DNA of 64,000 nt from an uncultured Acidobacteriaceae bacterium (GTDB taxonomy: Bacteria; Acidobacteriota; Terriglobia; Bryobacterales; Bryobacteraceae): contig CAWFBU010000008.1 in assembly GCA_963814195.1 (NCBI GenBank), positions 19,659 through 83,658 on the forward strand, in the 5' to 3' direction. Shown in pieces: positions 1-9,003 of the stretch. Both the position numbers and the translations under genes were made by a program. The notes below the pieces were generated by a model. It ran no database searches and had not been told where the DNA came from. It worked only from the letters and a program-made list of their open reading frames with translations. How positions within the stretch are numbered: position 1 is the stretch's first letter; each line of letters begins with the position of its first letter.

Positions 1-1014
1 CGCTCCGGTACCGCCGTGCCAGGAATCGAAATGCGCTCCGAGCATGACCAATCTCATCTTTATGCGGACCGGTTCCGGGGATTTCGCCAACGACGTTGAA
101 GCAATCCGGGTTATTTGCAGGAAAGCTCGTTCTGGATATTGAATTCGAGTTTTACCGGGATTTTGTGATCCAGCAGCCGTGCAATGCGGTTGTATTGCTC
201 CGGCATAAGCGCAACGCCAGGTACCGCGACCGGTCGTTTGGGATCGTAGGAACCGCCGGACGCCGCAAAGATAGTTCCGCCGGATCCATTCTGACTGGCA
301 GTGATCGTCAGGAGCACGCCCTCGTCCTTCATGAATGCCACGATTTTGTCTTGTAGCGCCTGCCGCGCTTCGCGCGAGAGCGGCGGGGCGGCATCGCCGC
401 GGGTGATCGGGCGTGCGGAGCAGAGAGGAATCGTCGATCGGTCCCGGTTCGGGCGCCTGCGTTTCGGCGGCGAGTTCTGCGTCAGTGTAGCGGTGAGCTT
501 CGGCGTCGGTCGGGAAAGGCAGGTTCTGGGCGGATGCCGTCATCACGATCTTGCCGCGGAGCTTACCTTTGTACTTGTCCATGTCCGCTTGCGGTTCGGA
601 TGACGGCCAGCATCGGCTCGCCGGTCACAGCTCCATTGGTACTTTCGGTCCAGGCAAGCGGGATCGCCATGAGAGAGGAAAACTGCGGCTCCACCATGTG
701 GCCCTCGTAGTACTTGTTCTGCCACTCGCGGCCGAAGGGTCCCCATTTCTCTTCGCGCACGTTAACCAGCCCATACTCGTTCAGCCGGCCGACCGCCCAA
801 TCGCCGGCCGCCCGGTAGTTCGGCGAATTCGCCAGTCGCGGCCCGTAGACATCCGTCAGGTAGAACATCGTGTCCATCACCTTGGAATTCGAAAAAGCTT
901 CGGTGCGAATACGGTTGACGACGTCGAAAGATCCACTTTTTCTTCTGAGAAGCAGAGAACCGGAAAGGCGACCAAAGCTGCGACAGACATCAACTTCAAA
1001 CTAGAGAGACGCAT
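1..1014 (-). pseudogene. M28-family (PA-domain) aminopeptidase; its 3' end runs off the window and the frame is broken several times
   Basis: ATG at 1014-1012 gives the signal peptide MRLSSLKLMSVAALVAFPVLCFS. The downstream segments are all minus-strand but lie in different frames: 'DVVNRIRTEAFSNSKVMDTMFYLTDVYGPRLANSPNYRAAGDW', 'ADMDKYKGKLRGKIVMTASAQN', 'AFMKDEGVLLTITASQNGSGGTIFAASGG', 'NVVGEIPGTGPHKDEI' and 'VMLGAHFDSWHGGTGA'. ORFs 563..880 and 111..341 are fragments of this gene. Confidence 0.7.
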
Positions 1015-1275
1015 GATGTGAGATACCCGAGGTTTAGAGATAAGGCGTCATGCAGCCGAGGATGACGAAAGCTGATTTCGGGAACGACGTGGGTGCCGGA
1101 AAGGTTACCTCTTCATAGTAGATGACGGCAGCTGGGAGGCGAAGGCCGACGCGTTTACGACACAACACCGCACCCTACGCCCATTTAGTGTAGTCATAAT
1201 GATACGTGTGGCCTCGCACAAGTCATTGCGAATCAGGCAATTACAGAGACTCTGGTAAGATGAAGAAGCAAATTG

Positions 1276-2181
1276 ATGGTGTACGAGAAGACGCTCCGTC
1301 GACCGGTGGAAGTCAATGGGATCGGGCTGCATCATGGCGCTCCAGTTCGCCTCAGAATCACACCGGCACCGCCTGACACCGGTATTGTCTTCGTCCGGAC
1401 AGACCTCGACAATACGCAGATCAGGGCAAGTTGGGAGTATGTCAAGCGGGTAAGTTACGCCACCAGCTTGATGCATCCCAAAGGCATCTTCATCTCGACA
1501 ACGGAACACCTGCTCAGCGTCTTCTATGGCATGGGTGTCGACAATGCGTTCGTCGAACTCGACAGTTTGGAATTGCCGATTCTGGACGGCAGCAGCCTTC
1601 CGTTTGTCGAACTCATCCGCACCGTCGGATTGCAAAGTTCGCGGCGGCTACGGCGTTACATGCGAATCGTAAGGCCCATCAGCGTGGACAAGAACGGTAA
1701 GAAGGTGTCCATTCTGCCTTCCGACACATTTCAGCTCCGATGCCATAACTTCTTCGACCATCCGCTCGTGGGCGACCAGACTCTGGAGTTGGAGGTAACG
1801 CCCGAGAGTTACGCAACCAGAATTGCGCCCGCCCGAACCTTCGGTTTTGAGTACGAACTGGACCAGATGCGTGACCAGGGTTTGATTCGTGGTGCGACGC
1901 TCGATAATGCCGTTTGTTTTACGCGAACCGGCGTAGCAAATGTGGGCGGCCTGCGCTTTCCGGACGAGTGCTGCCGTCACAAGGCGTTGGATTTGATCGG
2001 AGACTTAGCCTTGCTGGGGCGTCCGCTCCTGGGGACTGTCGTGGCCGAGAAAGCAGGCCACGCTATGCATGTTGCCCTGGTGAATGAGCTGATGTCAGAT
2101 CCTTCCTATTACGACATCGTGACGTTTCCCCCCAGTTCGAAGAGGCGGCCCGAAATCGCATTTCAGGCTTTCGCGCACTAG
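1276..2181 (+). CDS. lpxC: UDP-3-O-acyl-N-acetylglucosamine deacetylase
   Basis: The ORF has LpxC landmarks: 'TLRRPVEVNGIGLHHGAPVRLRITPAPPDTGIVF', 'STTEHLLSVFYGMGVDNAFVELD', 'ELPILDGSS', 'HKALDLIGDLALLG' and 'AGHAMH'. The ATG at 1276 lies one codon after the TTG at 1273. Confidence 0.9.
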   Translation: MVYEKTLRRPVEVNGIGLHHGAPVRLRITPAPPDTGIVFVRTDLDNTQIRASWEYVKRVSYATSLMHPKGIFISTTEHLLSVFYGMGVDNAFVELDSLELPILDGSSLPFVELIRTVGLQSSRRLRRYMRIVRPISVDKNGKKVSILPSDTFQLRCHNFFDHPLVGDQTLELEVTPESYATRIAPARTFGFEYELDQMRDQGLIRGATLDNAVCFTRTGVANVGGLRFPDECCRHKALDLIGDLALLGRPLLGTVVAEKAGHAMHVALVNELMSDPSYYDIVTFPPSSKRRPEIAFQAFAH

Positions 2182-2225
2182 CATTCCTGCAATTCGCACG
2201 CCTCGTTACTATTGCGTAGAGAGAA

Positions 2226-2804
2226 GTGCCGTTGCTCCGCCACCTTCCCAATCTGATCACATCCTTGCGCTTAGTGGCTTCTCCTATTCTGGCGTGGCTG
2301 CTACTGCAAGGACGATTTCGTGAAGCACTCGGGGTCGTGTTTCTGGCCGGCGTCAGTGATGGCCTGGACGGCTATGCCGCACGCGCGCTCGGTGCCAAAG
2401 GACAGACCGGCATTATTCTGGATCCGCTCGCTGACAAAGCGATGCTCGTAACCTTATTTGTTGTTCTCGCCATCATCGGCAGAATCCCCTTTTGGTTGCT
2501 CCTCCTCGTGATCGTGCGGGACCTGGTCATCGTGGTCGGTGCGATCTTGCTTCGCATCTTGCGCGGCTTTCGTAAATTCCTGCCGACCAAGATGGGCAAG
2601 GTCAGTACCTTTTTCCAGATCATCCTCGTAGGCTTCGTCCTCTTGCAGTCGGCGTATCCCAATCGGGTGGTCTTCTTGCTTGAGCAGATCGCGCTCGGCT
2701 TGACCGCGCTATTCACAAGCTTGAGCGGATTAGACTACGTGAGGAAGGGTTGCCAGATGGCTGGCTGGATTCCGGGCGGAGAGAAGTACTCCCTGGCGAA
2801 GTAG
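2226..2804 (+). CDS. CDP-alcohol phosphatidyltransferase (PgsA-like)
   Basis: GTG start. The family motif 'DGLDGYAARALGAKGQTGIILDPLADK' (D-G-x2-A-R ... D-x3-D) is present and the rest of the protein is multi-TM. Confidence 0.8.
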   Translation: MPLLRHLPNLITSLRLVASPILAWLLLQGRFREALGVVFLAGVSDGLDGYAARALGAKGQTGIILDPLADKAMLVTLFVVLAIIGRIPFWLLLLVIVRDLVIVVGAILLRILRGFRKFLPTKMGKVSTFFQIILVGFVLLQSAYPNRVVFLLEQIALGLTALFTSLSGLDYVRKGCQMAGWIPGGEKYSLAK

Positions 2805-2875
2805 CATCGTAGCCGCTTCTCGCTTGGCTGTAATCTGATAACTTTATGTAAGTTTGGCACCGAGGAGGAAGACGA

Positions 2876-3760
2876 ATGGCTAACTACTCCAGACGCGACA
2901 TATTGAAGACCGGGTTCGCTGCGGCGACGGTCGCGGGAGCCGGCGGCTTTCAGCTGGGAGCGGCTCCGGCTAAAGCGACCGACTGGGTCACGCTTGGGAA
3001 GTCAGACGTGAAGGTCACGCGCCTTGCTTTTGGCACAGGAAGTTTCAGCGGGCGCGTCCAACGGGAGCTGGGACAGGAGCAGTTTACAAGCCTGGTTCGC
3101 TACGCCTACGATCACGGCGTTCGATTCTTTGAAACAGCCGAATCGTACGGTGACATGCACCGGATGCTGGGCGTGGCGCTGAAAGGCATCCCGCGAGACA
3201 GCTACCGGTTGATGTCGAAAGTGACGACGCGCGAAGGCATCGACCCTCAAGCAAAAATCGATGAACTCCGGAAACTCGCCAATACAGAGTACTTCGACAT
3301 TATGCTTCTGCACTGGCAGCACACGGGATCGTGGCCAACCGAAAGCCTGCGCTGGCAGGAGGGCATCCAGGAGGCACAGTCCAAGAAGGTTGTGGTCGGA
3401 CGCGGCGCCTCCGTGCACGGTCTTCCCGCGCTGAGGCAGGTCCCGGACAACAAATGGTTGGAAGTCGCCATGATTCGCGTGAATCACAAAGGCACTGCCA
3501 TGGACGCTGAGGACTACAACACGCGCGGTTTGGGCGATGTTCATGAAGTCGTCACGCATGTGAAGCAGGTCCGCAAAGAGGGCATGGGCGTCATCAGCAT
3601 GAAGCTGGTCGGCGAGGGCACGTTCACCAATCGTGAGGATCGCCAGGCTGCCATGCGCTTTGCCTTCAGGAACGCCGGGGTGAACTCGGTCACTGTGGGC
3701 TACAAGAATACGGCCGAGATCGATGAAGCGATCGAAAATCTGAATCTGGCTCTAGCTTAA
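2876..3760 (+). CDS. aldo/keto reductase with a Tat-type signal
   Basis: The N-terminus 'SRRDILKTGFAAATVAGAGG' is a twin-arginine leader. AKR-like segments include 'AYDHGVRFFETAESYG' and 'MLLHW'. Confidence 0.8.
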   Translation: MANYSRRDILKTGFAAATVAGAGGFQLGAAPAKATDWVTLGKSDVKVTRLAFGTGSFSGRVQRELGQEQFTSLVRYAYDHGVRFFETAESYGDMHRMLGVALKGIPRDSYRLMSKVTTREGIDPQAKIDELRKLANTEYFDIMLLHWQHTGSWPTESLRWQEGIQEAQSKKVVVGRGASVHGLPALRQVPDNKWLEVAMIRVNHKGTAMDAEDYNTRGLGDVHEVVTHVKQVRKEGMGVISMKLVGEGTFTNREDRQAAMRFAFRNAGVNSVTVGYKNTAEIDEAIENLNLALA

Positions 3761-3788
3761 GAACGAATCAACGAGGTTCAGTTCTGCG

Positions 3789-3825
3789 CCCTGGAGAGGA
3801 TGGCTTCTCCAGGGCTTTTCTTTGG
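3789..3825 (+). terminator. rho-independent terminator of the AKR gene
   Basis: A perfect 9-bp stem joins ccctggaga (3789-3797) and tctccaggg (3806-3814) around an 8-nt loop. A T-rich tail, cttttcttt, follows. Confidence 0.75.
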
Positions 3826-3848
3826 TCAAAAACGTCATTACCCTACCG

Positions 3849-3954
3849 CATGCTTCGCATCACAAACCCACGCATCAACGCTGTAACCCTTAGCTGACAA
3901 GAACACGTCAGAGATTGAGGAAGCAATTGACCGCCTGAACTTGGCCTGGCGTAG
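3849..3954 (+). pseudogene. 3'-terminal remnant of a second AKR paralog
   Basis: It translates in two frames as 'MLRITNPRINAVTLS*' and 'ADKNTSEIEEAIDRLNLAWR*'. This parallels the last 35 residues of the intact gene, 'MRFAFRNAGVNSVTVGYKNTAEIDEAIENLNLALA*'. Confidence 0.6.
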
Positions 3955-4124
3955 GTCCAGGTTTACCGCAACGTTTAGTGGCGATTTTCTGATTTCCGTC
4001 TTGGATGATTGAGGCGTTCTTTGGTCACTAGCGACGAAATAAAAGCAATACAGTGCGCCTGCGGTGTGCTCTACACTGCGCCAGTCTTAAACTATCACCG
4101 GCAGCCCAGCACGGGACTGAGCCG

Positions 4125-5201
4125 ATGAAGCTATCTTTCGCGCGTTCGCTCTTCGGCATTCTGAAACGCATGCAGCATCTGCCGACGGCTTCCCGAAACT
4201 GCTGCGCAATCATGGCCCTTGCTGTGCTCATCCCTGCTCATGTAAAGTGCGGGCAGACTGACTCGCCGCCTGCACTAACATCCACCATCAGCGGCTCCGT
4301 AGTTGACGAAACAGGGGCCGCTATCGTCGGAGCAGAAGTAAAGCTCTCGCATCTGGGCGACAAATCAGAATGGGAATCCCTGTCGGGTAACGCGGGGCAG
4401 TTCACTTTTGCGGCGGTAGCGTCGGGGCCCTTTGAAGTAATAGCCTCCGCTCCAGGCTTTGCAGATCAGGTATTGCGCGGCGTTGTAGCAACGGGCGAAT
4501 CATCGAAACTAAGCCCGATCGTCCTCACGCTTTCGCTTGTGACCGCCACGGTGCAAGTCAGGCTGACTCAGGTCGAACTCGCGCAAGAACAGATTAGAGT
4601 TCAGGAACAGCAACGCATCTTCGGATTATTGCCGAACTTCTTTGTCAGCTACCTTCCCGATGCAGAACCGCTTACGACAAAACAGAAATTTGAACTGGCC
4701 TGGAAATCCACACTCGATCCCGCGGCATTCGCGGTGAGTGCAATTATCGCCGGTGTTCAACAATCGAACGATGATTTCAGTGGATATGGCCAAGGGGCGA
4801 GCGGGTACGCCAAACGTTACGCGGCTTCCTATGGCAACTTCCTAACCGGCACCTATGTCAGTGGCGCCATCCTGCCCTTCGTTTTCCGGCAGGACCCGCG
4901 GTACTTCTATAAAGGCACTGGCAGTGCACGATCCAGAGTTCTCTATGCGCTCTCGCGATCCGTGATAGCCAAGGGTGACAATCAAAAGTGGCAGCCAGCT
5001 TATTCGAACATACTCGGAAGTCTTGCCTCCGCTGGCATTTCGAACCTCTACTATCCGGCGAAGGATCGAGACGGCATAAGCCTGACGTTCGAGAACTTAG
5101 TTATCGGGATCGGATCGGATGCCGTGTCTAATCTGTTTCAGGAATTCGTCGTGCGGAGGCTGACCCCTCATTCGAGTCTTAGGGCAGCCGCCAAACCATA
5201 A
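4125..5201 (+). CDS. carboxypeptidase-regulatory-like domain protein of unknown function
   Basis: 'ISGSVVDETGAAIVGAEVKLSHLG...GQFTFAAVASGPFEVIASAPGFADQ' is a CarboxypepD_reg-like beta-sandwich pattern. The C-terminal half has no recognised domain. The start was chosen at MKLSFARS. Confidence 0.55.
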   Translation: MKLSFARSLFGILKRMQHLPTASRNCCAIMALAVLIPAHVKCGQTDSPPALTSTISGSVVDETGAAIVGAEVKLSHLGDKSEWESLSGNAGQFTFAAVASGPFEVIASAPGFADQVLRGVVATGESSKLSPIVLTLSLVTATVQVRLTQVELAQEQIRVQEQQRIFGLLPNFFVSYLPDAEPLTTKQKFELAWKSTLDPAAFAVSAIIAGVQQSNDDFSGYGQGASGYAKRYAASYGNFLTGTYVSGAILPFVFRQDPRYFYKGTGSARSRVLYALSRSVIAKGDNQKWQPAYSNILGSLASAGISNLYYPAKDRDGISLTFENLVIGIGSDAVSNLFQEFVVRRLTPHSSLRAAAKP

Positions 5202-5228
5202 GTCTCCCGCTTGATACAATTCCGTCCG

Positions 5229-6119
5229 ATGCGACCCCTGCTGTTTCTCTTGATCAGTGCTGCGATGATGTTGTCCGGCGCATCCTCCGATGACAAGGAT
5301 CAAAAGGATGTCCAGTATGGAAAGGCCGGTGACACGGCGCTCCTACTGGATCTTCACATTCCCGATGGAGCTGGGCCATTCCCCGCGGCCATTCTGGTGC
5401 ATGGCGGAGGTTTTGATGGCGGAAGCAAGAGTACGAACGTTAAGCCGCTATTTGGTCCCTTGAGCGATGCCGGGTTTGCGTGGTTCAGCATCGATTACAG
5501 ACTGGCGCCGGCAGCCAAGTTTCCGCAGGCCATAGCCGACGTGAACACGGCCGTCCGCTGGGTGAAGGCCAATGCCACTAAGTATCACGTGGACATCTCG
5601 CGTCTCGCACTCATCGGAGAATCGGCGGGCGGACTTCTCGTGAACTATGCCGGCACTCACGATACGCCCGAGACCAAGGTAGCTGCTGTCGTGGACTTTT
5701 ACGGACCATCCGATTACGGCAAGCTGGCACAATTGCGGCGCAGCAACCCGGAGCGCTTTGACATGAACAACATCAACCAGCATGCTGCCCACGGCGGCGG
5801 CATTCACTTTTTCGGAGTGGATAACCTGGATGAAGCTGGACTGACGAAGCTGCATTCGCTTGCTCCCATTGCGGGCGTGCACCGCGGGATGCCTCCGTTC
5901 CTTATCATTCATGGCAACAAGGACGATCAGGTCGTCTTCGAGCAGTCGCCGCCCTTCTGTGAAGCGATTCGCGCTGCAGGTTCGGACTGCGAACTGATCA
6001 CCATTCAAGATGGTGGACACGGCATGTCAAAGTGGCGAACGCCGGAGATGCAGCACTACAAAGCAGAGATGATCGCCTGGCTGCAGAAAGAGCTTCGGGT
6101 CCGTTCGACTCACTCTTAA
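5229..6119 (+). CDS. secreted alpha/beta hydrolase (esterase/lipase, HSL-type fold-3)
   Basis: It has a signal peptide (MRPLLFLLISAAMMLSGA), the oxyanion motif 'VHGGGF' and the nucleophile elbow 'GESAGG'. Confidence 0.75.
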   Translation: MRPLLFLLISAAMMLSGASSDDKDQKDVQYGKAGDTALLLDLHIPDGAGPFPAAILVHGGGFDGGSKSTNVKPLFGPLSDAGFAWFSIDYRLAPAAKFPQAIADVNTAVRWVKANATKYHVDISRLALIGESAGGLLVNYAGTHDTPETKVAAVVDFYGPSDYGKLAQLRRSNPERFDMNNINQHAAHGGGIHFFGVDNLDEAGLTKLHSLAPIAGVHRGMPPFLIIHGNKDDQVVFEQSPPFCEAIRAAGSDCELITIQDGGHGMSKWRTPEMQHYKAEMIAWLQKELRVRSTHS

Positions 6120-6214
6120 ATTGACCTGGGCACCGGCTGGGTTGGTCTAACGTAGCGCGTGGTGTGTTGTAATTTGGGGCCTGGACACAATCACCTTGGA
6201 ATTCGCCGTGTCTC

Positions 6215-6826
6215 TTATTGATTCTGAATTCGAGTCATAGGAGGACTCGTGTACCCGAAGGTAGCTTTCACATAGTCTTCCAGTTCGAAACAGGAAAATG
6301 AAGGGCTTTGTCGCGACTTCTCAGGTGCAACGTGGAATATATTAACCGAAGTACTGCAGTCCCGAAGCTCTCCCGTCTCGAAATTATAAAGGATGCCTAC
6401 AGTGTCCAGAAAGGTTCCTTGGTTATCCATAGCGGAATCGCCGAACGACTTCGACTCGACTTCCAGCAATAGCACTTGCCCCTCTGCCAACCATTGCCTT
6501 GTTCTCATCTTTTGATAGGTCCCAAGTACCTTAAGCTTGAACCTCGCTTCATCGTCCTGAAATCCACCTGTAGTGCGCGCAAAAATTGTAATTGTGTATC
6601 CGGCCTCGGACCACCTGGGCGTCTCGATGAGATAGCCGTAGTTGATGTTGTTGGTCGATTTACGAACGTTTGCGGACATAGTTACTGGCACGTACCATCC
6701 TGGCCAGCGAACGAATCCCCAGTCTCCCAAGAAAAACCAGAGCCCGAATGCTACAAGCACACTCGAAAGCCCAACCAGAATAGCGACGAATGTCCGCCAC
6801 CCTCGACGTCGATCTCGAAACGTCAT
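6215..6826 (-). CDS. hypothetical N-terminally membrane-anchored protein, possibly an immunity-type partner
   Basis: 203-aa ORF with one TM helix ('TFVAILVGLSSVLVAFGLWFFLG'). It starts 20 nt downstream of the toxin-like gene and lies in the A+T-richer region. Confidence 0.45.
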   Translation of the reverse strand: MTFRDRRRGWRTFVAILVGLSSVLVAFGLWFFLGDWGFVRWPGWYVPVTMSANVRKSTNNINYGYLIETPRWSEAGYTITIFARTTGGFQDDEARFKLKVLGTYQKMRTRQWLAEGQVLLLEVESKSFGDSAMDNQGTFLDTVGILYNFETGELRDCSTSVNIFHVAPEKSRQSPSFSCFELEDYVKATFGYTSPPMTRIQNQ

Positions 6827-6846
6827 TGTTGCCCTAACCTGCTTCG

Positions 6847-8523
6847 CTACTTACAAAATTCACTCTGTATTCGTCCTGCTATATCTGAGACTTGTAAGGT
6901 GCTCCGCAATTGGCTTCCCAGGTTTGCGGCGTCCGCTCCCAACTGTATGTCGTTTGTGTTCGTAGGTGTGCCTTCGTACCGCTCCCACAGACTAGCTATC
7001 TGCCAACCAGCTATAGATCGATAGTGGTAGCCTAGCTGAAAAAATGCTGCGAAATGATGGCCTTGGTCTTGATCGGGTCTTATAGAATCTTGATAATTGG
7101 GTTTAAACCCCGAGGGATTCCCGCTGCTTCCACCCGGATTTCCAAGATAGACTGGACTTTGGACGCCCTCTAAGCCAGGAGCGCGGATAGTGAACGTCAT
7201 ACCAGGAGCGACGGTGATTACCTTCCTTACAGGAGGGTGTAGGAGAGAGAAAGCAGATACAAATTTGTCTTCGTTGGTTCCGATGTACGTTGCGGCAGCT
7301 TGAGCAAACGAAGCAAGAGCGTTACAATCGTTTCCGTTCGGCGTACCTACCGAGAAGTTCGCCAAATCTCTCAGTTTGATGTAGAGCTGCTGAAGCGGAG
7401 TTACATTTGGAATACTGTACGGATGAGCGGAACCGAAATCGTAGACATAGCCGCAAAAGCCCTCGGGATCATCAAAATAGCAGCCCTAATCGCTCGAAAC
7501 ACCGTAAGAGTAGAACGGGTTGAAGAATTCACCGGCGACTTCAGTAGCGCCTCTTGAGGCGCTACTAAGAAATGGGGGCATGTTTAAGTTGCCAGTCGGT
7601 TCGCTGGCAGTAATCCTTAAAGGAAGCGATATTAAGTTATATGTGTAATCGGTAGGGTCAGAGTCTTTATCATAGTTCGTGAGGCGGTGCAGGCTAAAAC
7701 TTTGGTAATTGCTACTTCCTGATAGGACATGTAGTTCGACCTTTCCTGATCCGCCACCCCATCCTTAAATCCCCACTACATCGGGTACGCCATCATAGTC
7801 GAAATCACGAACCGTAAAACTTGTGTTCTGATATGCGCCTGTGAATGGAGTAGCGGCATTAAGCAAAAAGCTCTGGAAGTTATTTGATCCATCTAATACG
7901 TGAATCGTGACATCCCCCGCATCGTCGTTTTCTTGAACCGTGGCAAATAGATCCAAAATGCCGTCTCCATTGTAATCAGCCATGCTGTAAGTTACAGTTT
8001 CCTGAAAACTCGGAGCGTAAGGTGTTCCCGCGTGAACAATAAAATCCTGATAATTGCCTGCTCCAGAAAGAACATGAACTTCGACGCTAATCGATGAACC
8101 ATTAGGGCGGTCAGGAATACAGACTAGGTCCGGAATCCCATCTTTGTCAACATCAGCCATGACATAACGTACGCTGTTATCTGAGACTGCAGGCCAAGCG
8201 GTTGAGACGTGTGTCAGCCATTGTTGAAAGTTCGTGTACCCCGAAAGGGCATGGATCTCTACATAGGGAACTCCGTTCGTCTTCACGGCAACGAGGTCAG
8301 GGAGACCATCAGAGTCGTAATCAATCATAGATAAGCTAAAGTGCGTGGGGTCGCCGTAAGCCTCGAGAGGAGTGCCGACTGATAGGGTCACGCCCTGGTA
8401 ATTACTCGCAAAATCGGCGATATGAACCTCTGAGTTCGAGGTATTGTTGTGCTTCAAAGCGGGCCGCGGGAGTAGATCCTGCCAAACATTGGCTGGAATT
8501 CGGATACAAAGAGAATCGGCCAC
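6847..8523 (-). pseudogene. FG-GAP/VCBS-type repeat protein with an unknown C-terminal domain, interrupted by two in-frame stops
   Basis: ORFs 7765..8523 and 6847..7365 and the stretch between them share one frame. In-frame TAA lies at 7767-7765 and TAG at 7488-7486. The repeat 'VE[VIL]H[VA]L[SD]G..N[YF]Q.[FW]' plus 'D.D.DG.PD[LV]V' occurs on both sides of the TAA. Confidence 0.75.
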
Positions 8524-8688
8524 TACGGTAGTTCAGTATTCCTGGTTTTAACAAGGGCTATTACCGCCCAGGGCAAGATCTCGGGGAAAGTACCATTCGT
8601 TCCCCCGACTTTGATTGCAGGATATTAATTCTTCGATCCGAAACCCCGGGTTTTTTACGGGATCTAATCAGTGGAGGAGCTGATACAA

Positions 8689-9003
8689 ATGAGAAAAATA
8701 GCTCTTATTATTTCCTTGAGCGCAGCACTGATGCTTTCCACTAATCTGTTTGCGCAAGACCACGACGATCACCGTGACCGCGATGATCATCATGATCGCG
8801 ACGATCGCCATCATGTTTACGACAGGAATCACAGGGATTACCATGATTTCGACGAACACGAGGACCGGGCCTGGAGAGTTTACTGGCAGCAACAGCACCG
8901 CGACTACGTCGATTGGGGCCGTGCTTCCGACCGACAGCGGCAGGATTACTGGAACTGGCGTCATAATCATTCGGACGCGATTCTCAATATCAACATCCGC
9001 TAA
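8689..9003 (+). CDS. small secreted His/Asp/Arg-rich protein
   Basis: A GGAGG box lies about 10 nt upstream of the ATG. The signal peptide MRKIALIISLSAALMLSTNLFAQ is followed by 'DHDDHRDRDDHHDRDDRHHVYDRNHRDYHDFDEHED...YWNWRHNH'. Confidence 0.6.
   Translation: MRKIALIISLSAALMLSTNLFAQDHDDHRDRDDHHDRDDRHHVYDRNHRDYHDFDEHEDRAWRVYWQQQHRDYVDWGRASDRQRQDYWNWRHNHSDAILNINIR

Noticed and set aside
7486-7767. Stop-codon reassignment or programmed readthrough as an explanation for the in-frame TAA/TAG (and the TAG at 41513)
   Set aside because: TAG and TAA terminate many well-delimited genes in this window, for example lpxC with TAG and the AKR with TAA. No recoding signals or machinery are visible, so nonsense mutation or sequence error is more parsimonious.
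8641-8660. aaaccccggg + T6, resembling a terminator
   Set aside because: The stem is too short and essentially loop-less. It also sits in a divergent promoter region, where no transcript ends.
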